Of a stretch of DNA of 64,000 nucleotides, positions 1 to 10,613 are shown piece after piece (position 1 is the first letter of the stretch; each line of letters opens with the position of its first letter). The translations under genes were made by a program, and so were the position numbers. The notes under the pieces were generated by a model. The model worked only from the letters and a program-made list of their open reading frames with translations. It searched no databases and was not told the DNA's origin. This stretch comes from an uncultured Verrucomicrobiae bacterium (lineage in GTDB: Bacteria; Verrucomicrobiota; Verrucomicrobiia; Chthoniobacterales; JAFAMB01), in NCBI GenBank assembly GCA_963762565.1, contig CAVXLD010000013.1, positions 96,001 to 160,000 of the forward strand, written 5' to 3'.

Positions 1-2966
1 TCGATCGCCGTCGTGATCGGCTGCGTCCACTGAGCAGCTAGCCCCATCGCATGGTAGACCTTCGCCTGATAGGCGATGAAGCCGTGTTTTTGGACCAGGT
101 CGTATGCGAGCTTGGCGAATCGATACCCCTCGCTGTAACGGTGAAAGACTGGGCCGAGGATATGCCCGAGGATGCCATAGGCGTGCGCGCACGGGCCGCT
201 CGTCCCATGCTGCATGCTGAGGTTCACCATGCGGCACACGAGCATGGGAAATAAGTGCAGGTCAGTAAAGTATGCTGAGGGAGTAAGAATCGAGAGCAGC
301 TGCATCGCGGCCTGCAGTTCCGGATCGGTCATTATCGGCAGATCGATTAGCTCCTCGAGCGGGCGCCCGTCGAGAGTCTGCCAGACCGTATCGTATTCGG
401 TCTGGACCTGTTCCCGGGTCGGGTGTACCGGGATGTCGATGCCAAACAGGTGGAGGCACTTCAACGCGATAGCCACGGCTTGCGCGTTTTCCGACTTGAC
501 GGTGTGGAGCAGGACCTTCAAGTGGTAGGCCGCCGCTTGGTCGACTTTCGACGCCCCGCGCTGCAACAGCTCTCTAGTCAGTTGCTCGGCTGTGTCGAAG
601 TTACCGGTCAGAAACTCGCACTCCGCGCGCTCGAGCCGCAGGCTGAACATTAATTCGTACTGGCTGTCCCAGTCTCTTTCGTCGAGCAGTGCCAGACCGG
701 CCGCTAGGTACACGCACGCCGATGCAAAGGCTGCTGACGCCTTAGCTTTTCGCCCAGCACGCAGGTTGATAGCCGCCACCTGCGTTTTTTCGTCCGGCTC
801 GCCCAGTTGTGCGGCGCCCCGATTGAGCTGGTTGGCGACATCGAACGGATGCTCGGCGAGGCTCTCCGCCGTCATACTAGCCAGTAGCAAGCGACCGATG
901 CGCAGGTGGACTTCGGCACGGCGCTCTTCTGGGATCAGTGTATAAGCTGCCTGCTGGATCCGGTCGTGCAGGAACTTGTAGGCGCTGTGCTCGCGAAAGA
1001 CAAGTCCAGCATGGACGGCCTCCCTGAGCGCCGCGTCCATCACCTCCTCTGATTCCCCGTGAACCAGAGCTAGGGTGGCGAGCTCGGCGACGTTGCCAAG
1101 GCAGGCGAGCTGTTTCAGCGCCTCCTGGGTAGTGGCCGAGAACCGCTTCAGCTTCCCGGCCACCAGATCCACCACGTTGTCGGTGTAGCTCTTGGCGCGG
1201 ATACGGTTGATGTCCCATTCCCAAGCCAGCGCGACTGGGTTGAACGAGAGCAGCCCTTCTTCCGCCAGCGCCATGAAAAATTGGATGGCGAAGAATGGAT
1301 TGCCTCCGGTCTTCGCTTGCACCAATTGCGCTAATGACCGCGCGGGTTCCAGCTCGCACTGCAGCGCATCCGCGACGAGCCGGCTAATATCGTCGATCCG
1401 GAGCGGCTCCAGGACGATCTCATGCACCCGCGCGCCGGCGTTGCGAATCGCCTCGAACATCCGTCGAAGTGGGTGCGTGGCGCCAACCTCATTATCTCGA
1501 TAGGCTCCAATTAGAAGCAGGTACCGCGCCTCAGAGTGCGTGACCATGTGTTCGAGGAGTTCGATCGTCGCTGTATCCAGCCATTGCAAATCGTCGAGGA
1601 AAAGGGCAAGCGGGTGCCCTTTCCTGGCGAATACGCTGAGGAAGCGCCGGAATACCGTCTGGAAGCGATTCTGGGCTTCATGCGGCGGCAGCTCCGGAAC
1701 CGGCGGCTGTTTTCCGATCACCAGCTCTAGCTCAGGTACGAGGTTGCTGACCAGCTGACCATGCGGGCCCAGAGCCTTGCTTAGTGCATCGCGCCACCGG
1801 CCAAGCTCCGCGTCGCTCCGCCCCAAAAGAGGGCGCACCAAGCTCTGGAAAGCTTGGGCCAGGGTGGCATAGGGGATGTCGCGTTTGTACTGGTCGAACT
1901 TGCCCGAAGCGAAGAGACCACGCGGCGGGACGAGTACCTTATGTACCTCATGGACCACCGAAGACTTACCAATACCGGAATAACCAGACACGAGCACCAG
2001 CTCCGAAGTGCCATTCGTCACGACCCGGTCGAACGAAGCGAGCAACGCGTCAATTTCGCGCTCCCGGCCGTAAAGCCGCTCCGGGATCAGCAGCCGGTCC
2101 GATACATCTTGCCCGCCGAGCGGGAACGGCTCGACCCGTCCGACCGACTCCCATGTAGCCAGACACTTTCTAAGATCAGCCTCGACCCCAGCAGCAGTCT
2201 GGTACCGCTCCTCGGCCGTCTTGGCTAGCAGCTTCATGACAATCGCTGAGAGCGGCGCCGGAATTTCGTTCGTAACCTGGTCGGGTGTGATCGGCTGCCG
2301 GGCGATGTGGCAGTGCACCCACTCCATCGGATCCGAAGCGGTAAAGGGCAACACCCCCGTGAGCATTCGGTAGAAGGTGACGCCCAGCGAATAAAGATCA
2401 CTCCGGGAATCGATCGACCGATTCATCCGGCCGGTCTGTTCGGGCGCCATATAGGCAAGAGTACCGGCGATCATCTCAGGTGGTTCCGCCGGCTGGCGTT
2501 CGCGGGGAAGACGGGAAGCGATATCGAAACCGGTCAACCAGGCAGAGCCACTTGCGGAGTCCACCAGAATCCGGCTCGGCTTGATATCCTTGTGGATGAG
2601 CCCTCGCTGATGGACCTTGCCCACGGCAGTGGCAATGCTGACGGCCAAGCGTAGGAACCGGCCTATTTCCATCGGTTGGCCCAGAAGTCGATCGAGCGGT
2701 TCGCCGCCGGGGTCCTCAAACACCAGCATCGGCCGGCCTTCACGCTGAGTCAGAGCGAGTGGTCGAACCGCCCAGTCCGAATCGAGCTCATTCCGCAGGG
2801 AGTAGGCGTGCTCAAGCCGCTCTAAGGTTCCTGGAACTGGATGCTCTGAGACTGGACTTGCCAAAAGAATAGTTGGGAGATCGCCATCATTCGACCTGCC
2901 CCGGAACAAGGCGAATTCCTCGTCCTCGCGCAGCTTTTCAAACTGGTATCTGGAAAGGTCTATCAT
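1..2966 (-). CDS. Ser/Thr kinase-like + AAA ATPase multidomain sensor protein (trifunctional kinase/ATPase/sensor family), runs off the left edge
   Basis: Manual translation from ATG at 2966: MIDLSRYQFEKLRED..., HKDIKPSRILV, GTLAYMAPEQTGRMNRSID, Walker A LVSGYSGIGKS, YKFLHDRIQQAAY. Spot checks at three positions are in the same frame. Not in the ORF track because it has no stop in the window. Confidence 0.9.
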   Translation of the reverse strand, partial: MIDLSRYQFEKLREDEEFALFRGRSNDGDLPTILLASPVSEHPVPGTLERLEHAYSLRNELDSDWAVRPLALTQREGRPMLVFEDPGGEPLDRLLGQPMEIGRFLRLAVSIATAVGKVHQRGLIHKDIKPSRILVDSASGSAWLTGFDIASRLPRERQPAEPPEMIAGTLAYMAPEQTGRMNRSIDSRSDLYSLGVTFYRMLTGVLPFTASDPMEWVHCHIARQPITPDQVTNEIPAPLSAIVMKLLAKTAEERYQTAAGVEADLRKCLATWESVGRVEPFPLGGQDVSDRLLIPERLYGREREIDALLASFDRVVTNGTSELVLVSGYSGIGKSSVVHEVHKVLVPPRGLFASGKFDQYKRDIPYATLAQAFQSLVRPLLGRSDAELGRWRDALSKALGPHGQLVSNLVPELELVIGKQPPVPELPPHEAQNRFQTVFRRFLSVFARKGHPLALFLDDLQWLDTATIELLEHMVTHSEARYLLLIGAYRDNEVGATHPLRRMFEAIRNAGARVHEIVLEPLRIDDISRLVADALQCELEPARSLAQLVQAKTGGNPFFAIQFFMALAEEGLLSFNPVALAWEWDINRIRAKSYTDNVVDLVAGKLKRFSATTQEALKQLACLGNVAELATLALVHGESEEVMDAALREAVHAGLVFREHSAYKFLHDRIQQAAYTLIPEERRAEVHLRIGRLLLASMTAESLAEHPFDVANQLNRGAAQLGEPDEKTQVAAINLRAGRKAKASAAFASACVYLAAGLALLDERDWDSQYELMFSLRLERAECEFLTGNFDTAEQLTRELLQRGASKVDQAAAYHLKVLLHTVKSENAQAVAIALKCLHLFGIDIPVHPTREQVQTEYDTVWQTLDGRPLEELIDLPIMTDPELQAAMQLLSILTPSAYFTDLHLFPMLVCRMVNLSMQHGTSGPCAHAYGILGHILGPVFHRYSEGYRFAKLAYDLVQKHGFIAYQAKVYHAMGLAAQWTQPITTAI

Positions 2967-3398
2967 GATAGGCTTTCCGTTGGTCGGTCACACCAAAGCC
3001 GATGGCGCGCAGATGGCCTTTTTAGGCTGCGTCGGATCTCGTCCTTAGTCTCACGGCGCGACCTCTGCGCGAGAGGATCATCTGCAGCCAGAAATGGGGG
3101 TCGGAAGCGAGATGACGGCCATTTAGCCAAAACAACTAATTCTAATCCCCTATTAGTATGAATCTATAAATCTTTCGGGGTTAGTAGAGTTCTTGCTAGC
3201 AGCATGTTGATGCTTCTGTTTTCGATCACGCATCCCGGATGGAAGCTGGGAATATCGGTCGACCGGCTATTGAATCCGCCAGAGCAGCACGTAACTCCGG
3301 GGCTCCAGGCGCAAAGCCAAGCGGTAAAGACCTTGCCAATGGGTCCGACTGTTGAGACCGCAACGCGCTAAGCGCGATTTGCTTATTTTCCCGACCAA

Positions 3399-3779
3399 TT
3401 ACCCAACCATCTCATTTTGTGTACTTAACCTGCACGCAAAATGGTAGGCTGCGGAAAATAGAGAAGAGCAGACGCATAATTCCTCTTGATCCTGGGGGGT
3501 ATACACAACAACCGCCCCAGCCGGCATTAAGCCGAAGGAACGAAGGTAATGCGGCTCGGCCCAGCCACGCACGATGGCCCAATGAGCGCACACCAGAGGT
3601 AACGCTAAATAAATCGTCGGTGCTCCGAGTAGCACCCGAGCAAACTCGCGGATCCCGATAAAGGCCGACGAGTCATCGGTGACAGCGGCTTCCTTTAACC
3701 GTATGCGGATGGTATCCGGCCGACCGACTGGTGGCGGCGTTGACTCAATGTGGTCCCTAGGTTGTTCATGAAACCGTTG
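3399..3779 (-). pseudogene. N-terminally truncated luciferase-like (DUF5519-type) domain protein
   Basis: Frame is open upstream of the listed ORF (AFIGIREFARV...IYLALP...RGWAEPH...VVVYTPQDQEEL) but meets TGA at 3780-3782 with no ATG. Confidence 0.45.
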
Positions 3780-3864
3780 TCATTTTCTTCAAGAATGCCC
3801 GCCATTTTGTTCTGCGAAGAGTCCTCAGCTCGCATCGTCTAAGGATTTCACCGATTAGCAGCGG

Positions 3865-4548
3865 CTACGCGGGTTGGGCGGCTCGGCTCCGGGCTTGTTC
3901 CTGGTTCGGTACTGGACGCTCGGGATGGAGGAAGCGGAACATGCCAGCAGCGACCGCCCCTGCGATCAACTGACTGAGCCAATACATCCAGAGACTTCCT
4001 GGCGTCAGTCCTCCCATCATGAAGGCACCAACAACGACAGCGGGATTAAAAGCGCCACCGGAGATCGCGCCGACGGCAACAGCTTGCACAAAGACCGTGA
4101 ACCCGATCGCCAGCCCGTAAAACGAGTTCCCGGAAGTCGCCGGCGCCGTCGCAACATTTAAGACCGTATAAACCAGAGCAAACGTACCCAGAAATTCAGC
4201 CAGCATGATCTGCACTGGAGAGGAGGTGATCGCTGCCGCACTGGCGTGCCCAAAGAGCACTGGCACAATGAGCGAGGCGACGGTTGCGCCGATCACCTGA
4301 GCGACAACATACGATCCTGCTTCTAACCTATTACAAGCACCGCGGATCCAGGCCCCTAGCGTGACCGCGGGATTGTAATGGCCGCCACTGATGTGTCCGC
4401 CCGCGAAAATCATCACCATGAGTGAAGCACCAATCGCCAGTGGCCCCAACAGCACATGAGCTTGCGAGGAGACGCAACCGATCACGAAAACCAGAAAGAA
4501 CGTTCCAATGAATTCAACAATACATTTTCTTAAAAGTAATCCATCCAT
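3865..4548 (-). CDS. MIP family channel (aquaporin-like)
   Basis: EFIGTF, SGGHYNPAVT, AEFLGTF, SGGAFNPAV motifs. Start placed at MDGLLLRK. Confidence 0.92.
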   Translation of the reverse strand: MDGLLLRKCIVEFIGTFFLVFVIGCVSSQAHVLLGPLAIGASLMVMIFAGGHISGGHYNPAVTLGAWIRGACNRLEAGSYVVAQVIGATVASLIVPVLFGHASAAAITSSPVQIMLAEFLGTFALVYTVLNVATAPATSGNSFYGLAIGFTVFVQAVAVGAISGGAFNPAVVVGAFMMGGLTPGSLWMYWLSQLIAGAVAAGMFRFLHPERPVPNQEQARSRAAQPA

Positions 4549-4901
4549 AACCAAGAACCTCCTAGAGAAGGACACCACAGCACGCTGGCAATCCGAATCT
4601 TCGCCCACACTACTGCCCCTCATTTTCACTGCTATTGCCGCGCCGGATGATTATTTGCTACTCAAAAGGGTTAACTCTAGAGGGTGTTCTAACCTGCACT
4701 GGCAGGGAGATGTTTTGGAAGATCGGATAGTGACCACCGAGCAACCTTAGGTAGGACATCGACCGTATAACCTTAGGTGCTCAGCCTCCGGGCCAAGTTG
4801 TTAAAAGGGAACTGTAGCGGATTTCGGCGGACAATCTTGCACGTGTGACCAGGCTGCGGTGTTGCCAAGAAATCGAATACAGTGAACGCTCCAGCACTCG
4901 C

Positions 4902-5273
4902 GTGAAGATATCACCTCGCTTAATTCTGTTTTCCGGTTTGGTCTGGGTGTCTACTCTGTTTGGAGGTTTGGCTCCGGCTGAAACGCTTATCTCCGATGCA
5001 GAAGCGGCTCAGCATGTCGGGCAAACCGTTTCGGTAGAAGGGACAATTACCAAGGTGTTCAGGAGCAAGAACGGAAACACTTTTCTCAATTTTGGTGGAG
5101 ACTACCCGAATGTCACTTTCGTGGTTTGGATCCCTCAAGACGCCCCGGAGGCAGCGGATCCGAATCTGACAAATCTGCAGGGTAAGAAGGTGAAGATCAG
5201 TGGAACGGTCCAGCTCTATCGCGGTAAACCGGAGATTAAGGTCAATACCAAAGAACAGATCGTGGTTGAGTGA
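4902..5273 (+). CDS. Secreted OB-fold nucleic-acid-binding-type protein
   Basis: Signal peptide, then EAAQHVGQTVSVEG...TFLNFGGDYPNVTF...GKKVKISGTVQLYRGKPEI. GTG start inferred. Confidence 0.75.
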   Translation: MKISPRLILFSGLVWVSTLFGGLAPAETLISDAEAAQHVGQTVSVEGTITKVFRSKNGNTFLNFGGDYPNVTFVVWIPQDAPEAADPNLTNLQGKKVKISGTVQLYRGKPEIKVNTKEQIVVE

Positions 5274-5280
5274 AAATTCA

Positions 5281-5448
5281 AAACCTCAACCGCAGATGAA
5301 CGGAGATTTACGCAGATATCGATCAGGTTGATCACCGCCAGGGAGTTAGAGGCGTTTGTGTTACCGGACCGATTGTTATTGGTCGACGGCTCAATATGAC
5401 CCCGAAACAAAATCTGCGTACATCTGCGTTAATCTGCGGTTGAGGTTT
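5281..5448. repeat. Intergenic inverted repeat (aaccgcagat...acgcagat family)
   Basis: aaacctcaaccgcagatgaacggagatttacgcagat pairs with atctgcgtacatctgcgttaatctgcggttgaggttt. Related arms at about 8179-8382 and 34907-34968. Confidence 0.85.
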
Positions 5449-5494
5449 TTCTGTCTTCGTCTCTCGTTAGTGCATACTAACTGCCTTGCGTCGG

Positions 5495-6670
5495 CTACAC
5501 TTTTTCCAGCGCCTCGGCGAGATCTGTTCTCAGGTCTTCCAAGTCTTCCACACCGACCGACAGGCGGACCAGAGTATCGTCCACACCCAGGGCTTTTCTT
5601 TGCTCGGGCGGAATCGAGGCGTGCGTCATAATCGCTGGGTGTTCGATCAGGCTTTCAACACCACCCAGGCTCTCGGCGAGCGCGAAAAGATGGGTGTTCT
5701 CCAGAAACCGCCGGACGCCGTCCAGGTCGGTATCAAGGTAGATCGTGATCATGCCGCCGAACGCTTTCATCTGGCGCTTGGCTAAATCGTGTTGAGGATG
5801 GGAGCTTAAGCCCGGGTAACGGACGCGGCTCACTTTGGGATGCTTCTCCAACCACGCAGCAAGATCCGACGCATTGACGCAATGCCGTTCCATCCGCAGG
5901 GCCAACGTCTTTAAACCGCGCAGGGCAAGGAAGCTGTCGAAAGGTCCAGCTATCGCTCCTACTGCATTTTGAAGAAACGCCAGCCGGTCGGCCAATGGTT
6001 GCCGGGCTTCACCTGGACCAACCACGACCACGCCGCCAACCATGTCGGAATGGCCGTTTAGATATTTGGTCGCTGAATGAACAACAATGTCGAACCCGAG
6101 ATCAACGGGATGTTGAATCCAAGGACTGGCAAACGTGTTATCCGCAACTGCGATTAAGCTGTTTTCGCGGGAGAACTCCCCGATCGCCTGCAAATCAATC
6201 AACTTGAGTAACGGGTTACTGGGCGTTTCGACCCAGATCATGCGCGTGTTCGGGCGAATGTTTTTCTTTAGGGTTGAGGGATCGGATAGATCCAAAAAAG
6301 TGAACTCGAGGTTAGCGGACTTGGATCGAACACGCTCGAAGAGACGAAACGAGCCGCCATAAAGATCGTCACTGGCGATGATGTGCGATCCTGAGTCCAA
6401 AAGTTCTAACACGGTCGCCATGCCGGCTAAACCGGAAGCGAAAGCGAAACCGCGTTGGCCGTTCTCGAGATCGGCCACACACCGTTCATAGGCCAGCCGG
6501 GTGGGATTGATACTACGGGAGTAATCGTACCCTTTGTGTTTTCCTGGGCTTTCCTGAACGTAGGTGGAGGTCTGATAAATCGGGACCATGATCGCACCCG
6601 TCGAAGGATCGGGCTCCTGGCCGGCATGGATTACTCTGGTAGCAAACGAATGTCGTTTTGATGAGCTCAT
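5495..6670 (-). CDS. Cystathionine gamma-lyase/synthase (Cys/Met metabolism PLP enzyme)
   Basis: PIYQTSTY, YSRSINPT, ETPSNP, DNTFASP, HSATKYLNGHSD, ESLGGVESL. Confidence 0.95.
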   Translation of the reverse strand: MSSSKRHSFATRVIHAGQEPDPSTGAIMVPIYQTSTYVQESPGKHKGYDYSRSINPTRLAYERCVADLENGQRGFAFASGLAGMATVLELLDSGSHIIASDDLYGGSFRLFERVRSKSANLEFTFLDLSDPSTLKKNIRPNTRMIWVETPSNPLLKLIDLQAIGEFSRENSLIAVADNTFASPWIQHPVDLGFDIVVHSATKYLNGHSDMVGGVVVVGPGEARQPLADRLAFLQNAVGAIAGPFDSFLALRGLKTLALRMERHCVNASDLAAWLEKHPKVSRVRYPGLSSHPQHDLAKRQMKAFGGMITIYLDTDLDGVRRFLENTHLFALAESLGGVESLIEHPAIMTHASIPPEQRKALGVDDTLVRLSVGVEDLEDLRTDLAEALEKV

Positions 6671-8061
6671 GCGACCTTTCGGCGAAGATAGTTCAGTAGA
6701 TCGATGCGGGTAACCAGCCCGACAAATTTCCCTTGCTCAACGACGATTGCTACCCGGCCGCTATCAAGAATTTCCCGAAGCTCCTGCAAACTGGATGACG
6801 GTGGCAGGGTCACGATGCGATCGGTCATCGCGGTTTGTACCTCGTCCCGAAACGAGCCGTGCCCGTCCTGTATTCGGGTTAACACATCGGATTCATCGAG
6901 AATACCAACCAGCTTGCCGTGATCGAGAACTGGAACTTGAGAGACATCGGAGATGCGCATCCGGTTAAAGGCGGTAAGCAGCGAGTCGTGTGAACCCACA
7001 CTGACGATGGTCCCGTCCTGATAACGGCGGGAAACCAAGTCTCGCAGATCGTCAAAGCTTTCCCGGTGGATGAACCCCTGATCCGCCATCCAAACACTGT
7101 TGTACATCTTGGATAGGTATTTATTGCCGCTATCGCAAGCGAGTGTCACCACGCGCTTTGGTTCGGTTTGCTCCCGGCAATAGCGGAGAGCGGCCGCGAA
7201 AAGTGTTCCGGTCGATGAACCCGCGAACACGCCTTCTTTGCGGAGAAGATCACGGGCCGTTAAAAGGCTTTCTTCATCGCAAATACTGTAAGCTTTGTGG
7301 ACCCGGCTCAGATCAGCAATCGAAGGGATAAAGTCTTCGCCTACGCCCTCGACTATCCATGAGCCGGATTTACCAATGCGTTTTTCCTTAACAAACCCGG
7401 ACAGGATTGAGCCTTCGGGGTCCGCCAGAACGATTTCGCAGGCCGGAGCTACGCGCGCAAAAAAGTTACTCAGCCCGGTAAGTGTGCCGCCGGATCCAAC
7501 CCCGACGACGACGGCGTCGATGTCGTGTCCCATTTGCTCCCAGATTTCCGGCCCGGTGGACTGTTCATGTGCTAACGGGTTGGTCGGATTTTCAAATTGG
7601 TTCACATAAAAACCGTCCGGTGTCTCCGCCGCAATTGAAGCGGCTAGATCTTGATAATATTCCGGGTGTCCCTTGGTAACGTCGGACCTGGTAATGACCG
7701 TGGTCGCGCCCAGAGCTCGGATGTGCAGGATCTTTTCCTGCGACATCTTATCGGGAATTACCAAGGTCAGATGATAACCTTTGGCGGCAGCAATCAGCGC
7801 TAAGCTGAGTCCAGTATTACCGGCGGTGGCTTCGATAATGGTTCCGCCGGGCTTAAGATGCCCTGCGCGTTCGGCTGCCTCGACCATGGCTAAGGCCATA
7901 CGATCTTTTATTGAGCCGGTTGGATTTTGGTTTTCCAGCTTGATGAAAAGCCGGCATGGACCTGTGTCGAACCGGGTGCATTCAACCAGCGGAGTATTGC
8001 CGATGAGCGCGAGAATAGCCGGGTTTTTTAAGGAAGTTGCTTGCAGGGTGCCGGAACTCAT
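6667..8061 (-). CDS. Cystathionine beta-synthase with C-terminal CBS domains
   Basis: KLENQNPTGSIKDR, EATAGNTG, GVGSGGT and a C-terminal CBS pair. ATGA overlap with the downstream lyase. Confidence 0.93.
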   Translation of the reverse strand: MSSGTLQATSLKNPAILALIGNTPLVECTRFDTGPCRLFIKLENQNPTGSIKDRMALAMVEAAERAGHLKPGGTIIEATAGNTGLSLALIAAAKGYHLTLVIPDKMSQEKILHIRALGATTVITRSDVTKGHPEYYQDLAASIAAETPDGFYVNQFENPTNPLAHEQSTGPEIWEQMGHDIDAVVVGVGSGGTLTGLSNFFARVAPACEIVLADPEGSILSGFVKEKRIGKSGSWIVEGVGEDFIPSIADLSRVHKAYSICDEESLLTARDLLRKEGVFAGSSTGTLFAAALRYCREQTEPKRVVTLACDSGNKYLSKMYNSVWMADQGFIHRESFDDLRDLVSRRYQDGTIVSVGSHDSLLTAFNRMRISDVSQVPVLDHGKLVGILDESDVLTRIQDGHGSFRDEVQTAMTDRIVTLPPSSSLQELREILDSGRVAIVVEQGKFVGLVTRIDLLNYLRRKVA

Positions 8062-8125
8062 GTGGAGAGTTTCCAGCCGGGACACAACGTGCGTCAAGCA
8101 GGATCGACGACCGCAAACCCGGACA

Positions 8126-8462
8126 AACCGCGAATGGACGCGAATCGACACGAATTAAGTCCGAAGACAAAAGGCCCGAACCGCAGATAGACGCAGATTT
8201 ACGCAGATAAAGTGGGCTTCGTTGTTATTCGAGCCAATCTACCCGCTATAGGTTTCTGGAAGACACTGACTTATCGCCGGGAACCGAGGAAGACAAAGCG
8301 TATCTGGCTTTTTGTTAAAGCGGCTTAGAGTCTCTTGAGCTAAGCAGAGGAACAAACACTTATCTGCGTAAATCTGCGTCCATTTCACCCCGGAGAATTT
8401 CGGGGCTGTGCTTCAGGTTTTCAGGGCTTCATTCGTGTAAATTCGTGTCCATTCGCGGTTCG
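8126..8462. repeat. Nested double inverted repeat
   Basis: Outer arms aaccgcgaatggacgcgaatcgacacgaat / attcgtgtaaattcgtgtccattcgcggtt. Inner arms gacgcagatttacgcagataa / ttatctgcgtaaatctgcgtc. Confidence 0.85.
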
Positions 8463-8566
8463 GCTTGTTTGGCCTTCTCCGCTAGATGAACCCGGCGCAA
8501 CTTTGGCTATATTGTGCTTGCGATGCTCGTTCGCGGGTAACGGGAGTTTTTAGACGTTTTTAGAGA

Positions 8567-9433
8567 ATGAAGTCAGTACAGGATGCTCGGGAGGCTTATG
8601 CTGAGCGATTGAGACGTTTGGGACCGGTGAAATCTCAGCGCGTGGTCCAGGCGTTTGCGAATGTACCTAGAGAGCGGTTTGTTGGCGATGGCCCATGGAC
8701 GGTTATCCCGCCGGGAAGAGGTCCGCGCAGGACCCCGGATTCTGATCCTTGTCATCTGTACGACAACGTCTTGGTCTCGCTCGATGAGGCCCGAAACATC
8801 AATAACGGTGAACCGCGTCTTTGGGCTGTGTTATTTGATTTATTAGAGATCGGCGCCGGCGCCTCGGTCGCTCATGTCGGTTCGGGGACCGGATACTACT
8901 CAGCGATTTTAGCCGAGCTAGTTGGACCGTCGGGAAGAGTCACTGCGATTGAAGTCGACCCAGATTTCGCGTTACAGACGTGGGAAAATCTGACACCCTG
9001 GCCGCAGGCGAAGACGGTTGCGGGCAATGGGCTCACTGATTTGCCCGCTGACGTCGATTTTATCGTAGTCAGCGCCGGCCTGACTTTTGTGCCGGTAGTG
9101 TGGCTCGATGCGCTGCGTGAGGGTGGGAAATTGCTTTTGCCGTTGACTGTCACCCATGGTTGGGGTGAGACCTCGGAACACGCGGGGCGGTGTGTAGGCC
9201 GGTTTTTGATTATTGAACACCAACATGAAACCTGGCCGGCACGGTTCGCGACCCCAGTGGCAATTATCGACTGTTCTCAGGGACGAGACGCAGACTCGGA
9301 AGAACGGTTGCGGTCTGCGTTTCTAGGTGGAGATAGCGACCAAGTTAGATCGTTACACCGTTTCCCGGATTTGCCGGATGACACCTGCTGGCTGGAAGGT
9401 GAAGAGTGGTGGCTCTCGACTTCGCTGCCCTAA
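8567..9433 (+). CDS. pcm: Protein-L-isoaspartate O-methyltransferase family
   Basis: AFANVPRERF, SAM motif HVGSGTGYYSAILAELVG, LREGGKLLLP. Confidence 0.85.
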   Translation: MKSVQDAREAYAERLRRLGPVKSQRVVQAFANVPRERFVGDGPWTVIPPGRGPRRTPDSDPCHLYDNVLVSLDEARNINNGEPRLWAVLFDLLEIGAGASVAHVGSGTGYYSAILAELVGPSGRVTAIEVDPDFALQTWENLTPWPQAKTVAGNGLTDLPADVDFIVVSAGLTFVPVVWLDALREGGKLLLPLTVTHGWGETSEHAGRCVGRFLIIEHQHETWPARFATPVAIIDCSQGRDADSEERLRSAFLGGDSDQVRSLHRFPDLPDDTCWLEGEEWWLSTSLP

Positions 9434-9562
9434 CTTGGTAGGGCGAGGCTCCAGATTGGCCGGGTTGGTTTCGCGAAGCATCTGATTACCTCGTTCGATT
9501 GGATCGTTACGCCCAAACGCGCGCCAAGCCGTGGTCTATCGTGGGCCACGGTCCCTGACAAA

Positions 9563-9684
9563 GGGAGGGCGCGCGTCCCCGCGCGCCGCGAAAGCGTTCT
9601 GGGCCGTCAGGTGTGTTCAACTTTCTCGGACGATCAGCGCGACCGGCTCCGGCGACGACGGATCGCGGGGACGCGATCCCTCCC
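9563..9684. repeat. REP-like doublet gggagggcgcgcgtccccgcgcgccgc ... cggatcgcggggacgcgatccctccc
   Basis: Closely similar copies at 22382-22503 and 30134-30256. Confidence 0.85.
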
Positions 9685-9713
9685 CGGTGCGGCGTCCGTG
9701 GTGACCCGCCCCC

Positions 9714-10613
9714 CTATTTCTCAATCAAATCGACCATCGAGGCGGCGCTGGTTTGTATCGAACTCACCTGAGGCGCCGAAAGCACATCGTTGTCTTTGAA
9801 AATCCCTCGCACCGTCTGGAGCTGAGCCGTGATTTTTTGGATCAGTTCGCTGCGTTTGAGGCGAGGGGATAACGTATTAAGGCGATCGAGATAATAGTCG
9901 AGAAGTTCAATGTTCCGCAGAGTCTTGGCTCTTTCCGGCGAATAATCTGCCGCTACACTGGCGGCAGCGATTTGCAGTCCTCGGATCCAGCCGCCCAAAC
10001 TCAGCAGGTGCACAATGGGCTCGTCACGGAGTTCGAGTAAGGCCCTTTCCACGTCTTCTTGGGTGACAATCAATTCTTTTCGAAGACGATCCCAATCATT
10101 CTGTTTAGCCAGGTCCAGAAGCTTACGGCTATGCCGGCTTACGCGCTCCTCGACGCCCAAAACTTTCGCCCGTCGAATTAACTCACGACCAAGAGATTCG
10201 ATGTCCTTGCTTTGCTCTGCTTCGACATCGAGAAAACCGTCTCCGATCAAAACCCCAAAACTTAATGCATACTTTGAGCGGTCAGCGGTGCTGAGCTCGG
10301 TCACCGGCCGGACCAGAGCATTGATGGGGATCGGTTTCAGAGAGTCCAGCGTGTTAAACAATTTCTCGATGGACGGTGCCGTGAATTCATTTACACCGAG
10401 TTCTTCGCGATAGTCCTGATCCTTAGACAAGTCATCGGGTGTGTTCTGCGCGGAAAGCGTCGCCGTAAAAACGATCAGGGGTGCGGAAGCGAGGAAAAAC
10501 GAGCGTGAACGCCGTGAGCGCCGGCTTGTCCGACGAAGCCGCTCTCGGGCCTCGTTTGGCTGCTCGAGAACTGGCGGACTCGGAGAACGCCATGAACTTA
10601 CAATCGGGTGCAC
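9714..10613 (-). CDS. Hypothetical exported alpha-helical protein; true start probably downstream of 10613
   Basis: 299-aa ORF with a signal-like segment (FFLASAPLIVFTATLSAQ) followed by a protein-like helical body. Confidence 0.7.
   Translation of the reverse strand: MHPIVSSWRSPSPPVLEQPNEARERLRRTSRRSRRSRSFFLASAPLIVFTATLSAQNTPDDLSKDQDYREELGVNEFTAPSIEKLFNTLDSLKPIPINALVRPVTELSTADRSKYALSFGVLIGDGFLDVEAEQSKDIESLGRELIRRAKVLGVEERVSRHSRKLLDLAKQNDWDRLRKELIVTQEDVERALLELRDEPIVHLLSLGGWIRGLQIAAASVAADYSPERAKTLRNIELLDYYLDRLNTLSPRLKRSELIQKITAQLQTVRGIFKDNDVLSAPQVSSIQTSAASMVDLIEK

Noticed and set aside
51..2654. Many short + strand ORFs in the ORF track
   Set aside because: They are shadows of the long minus-strand kinase/ATPase gene.
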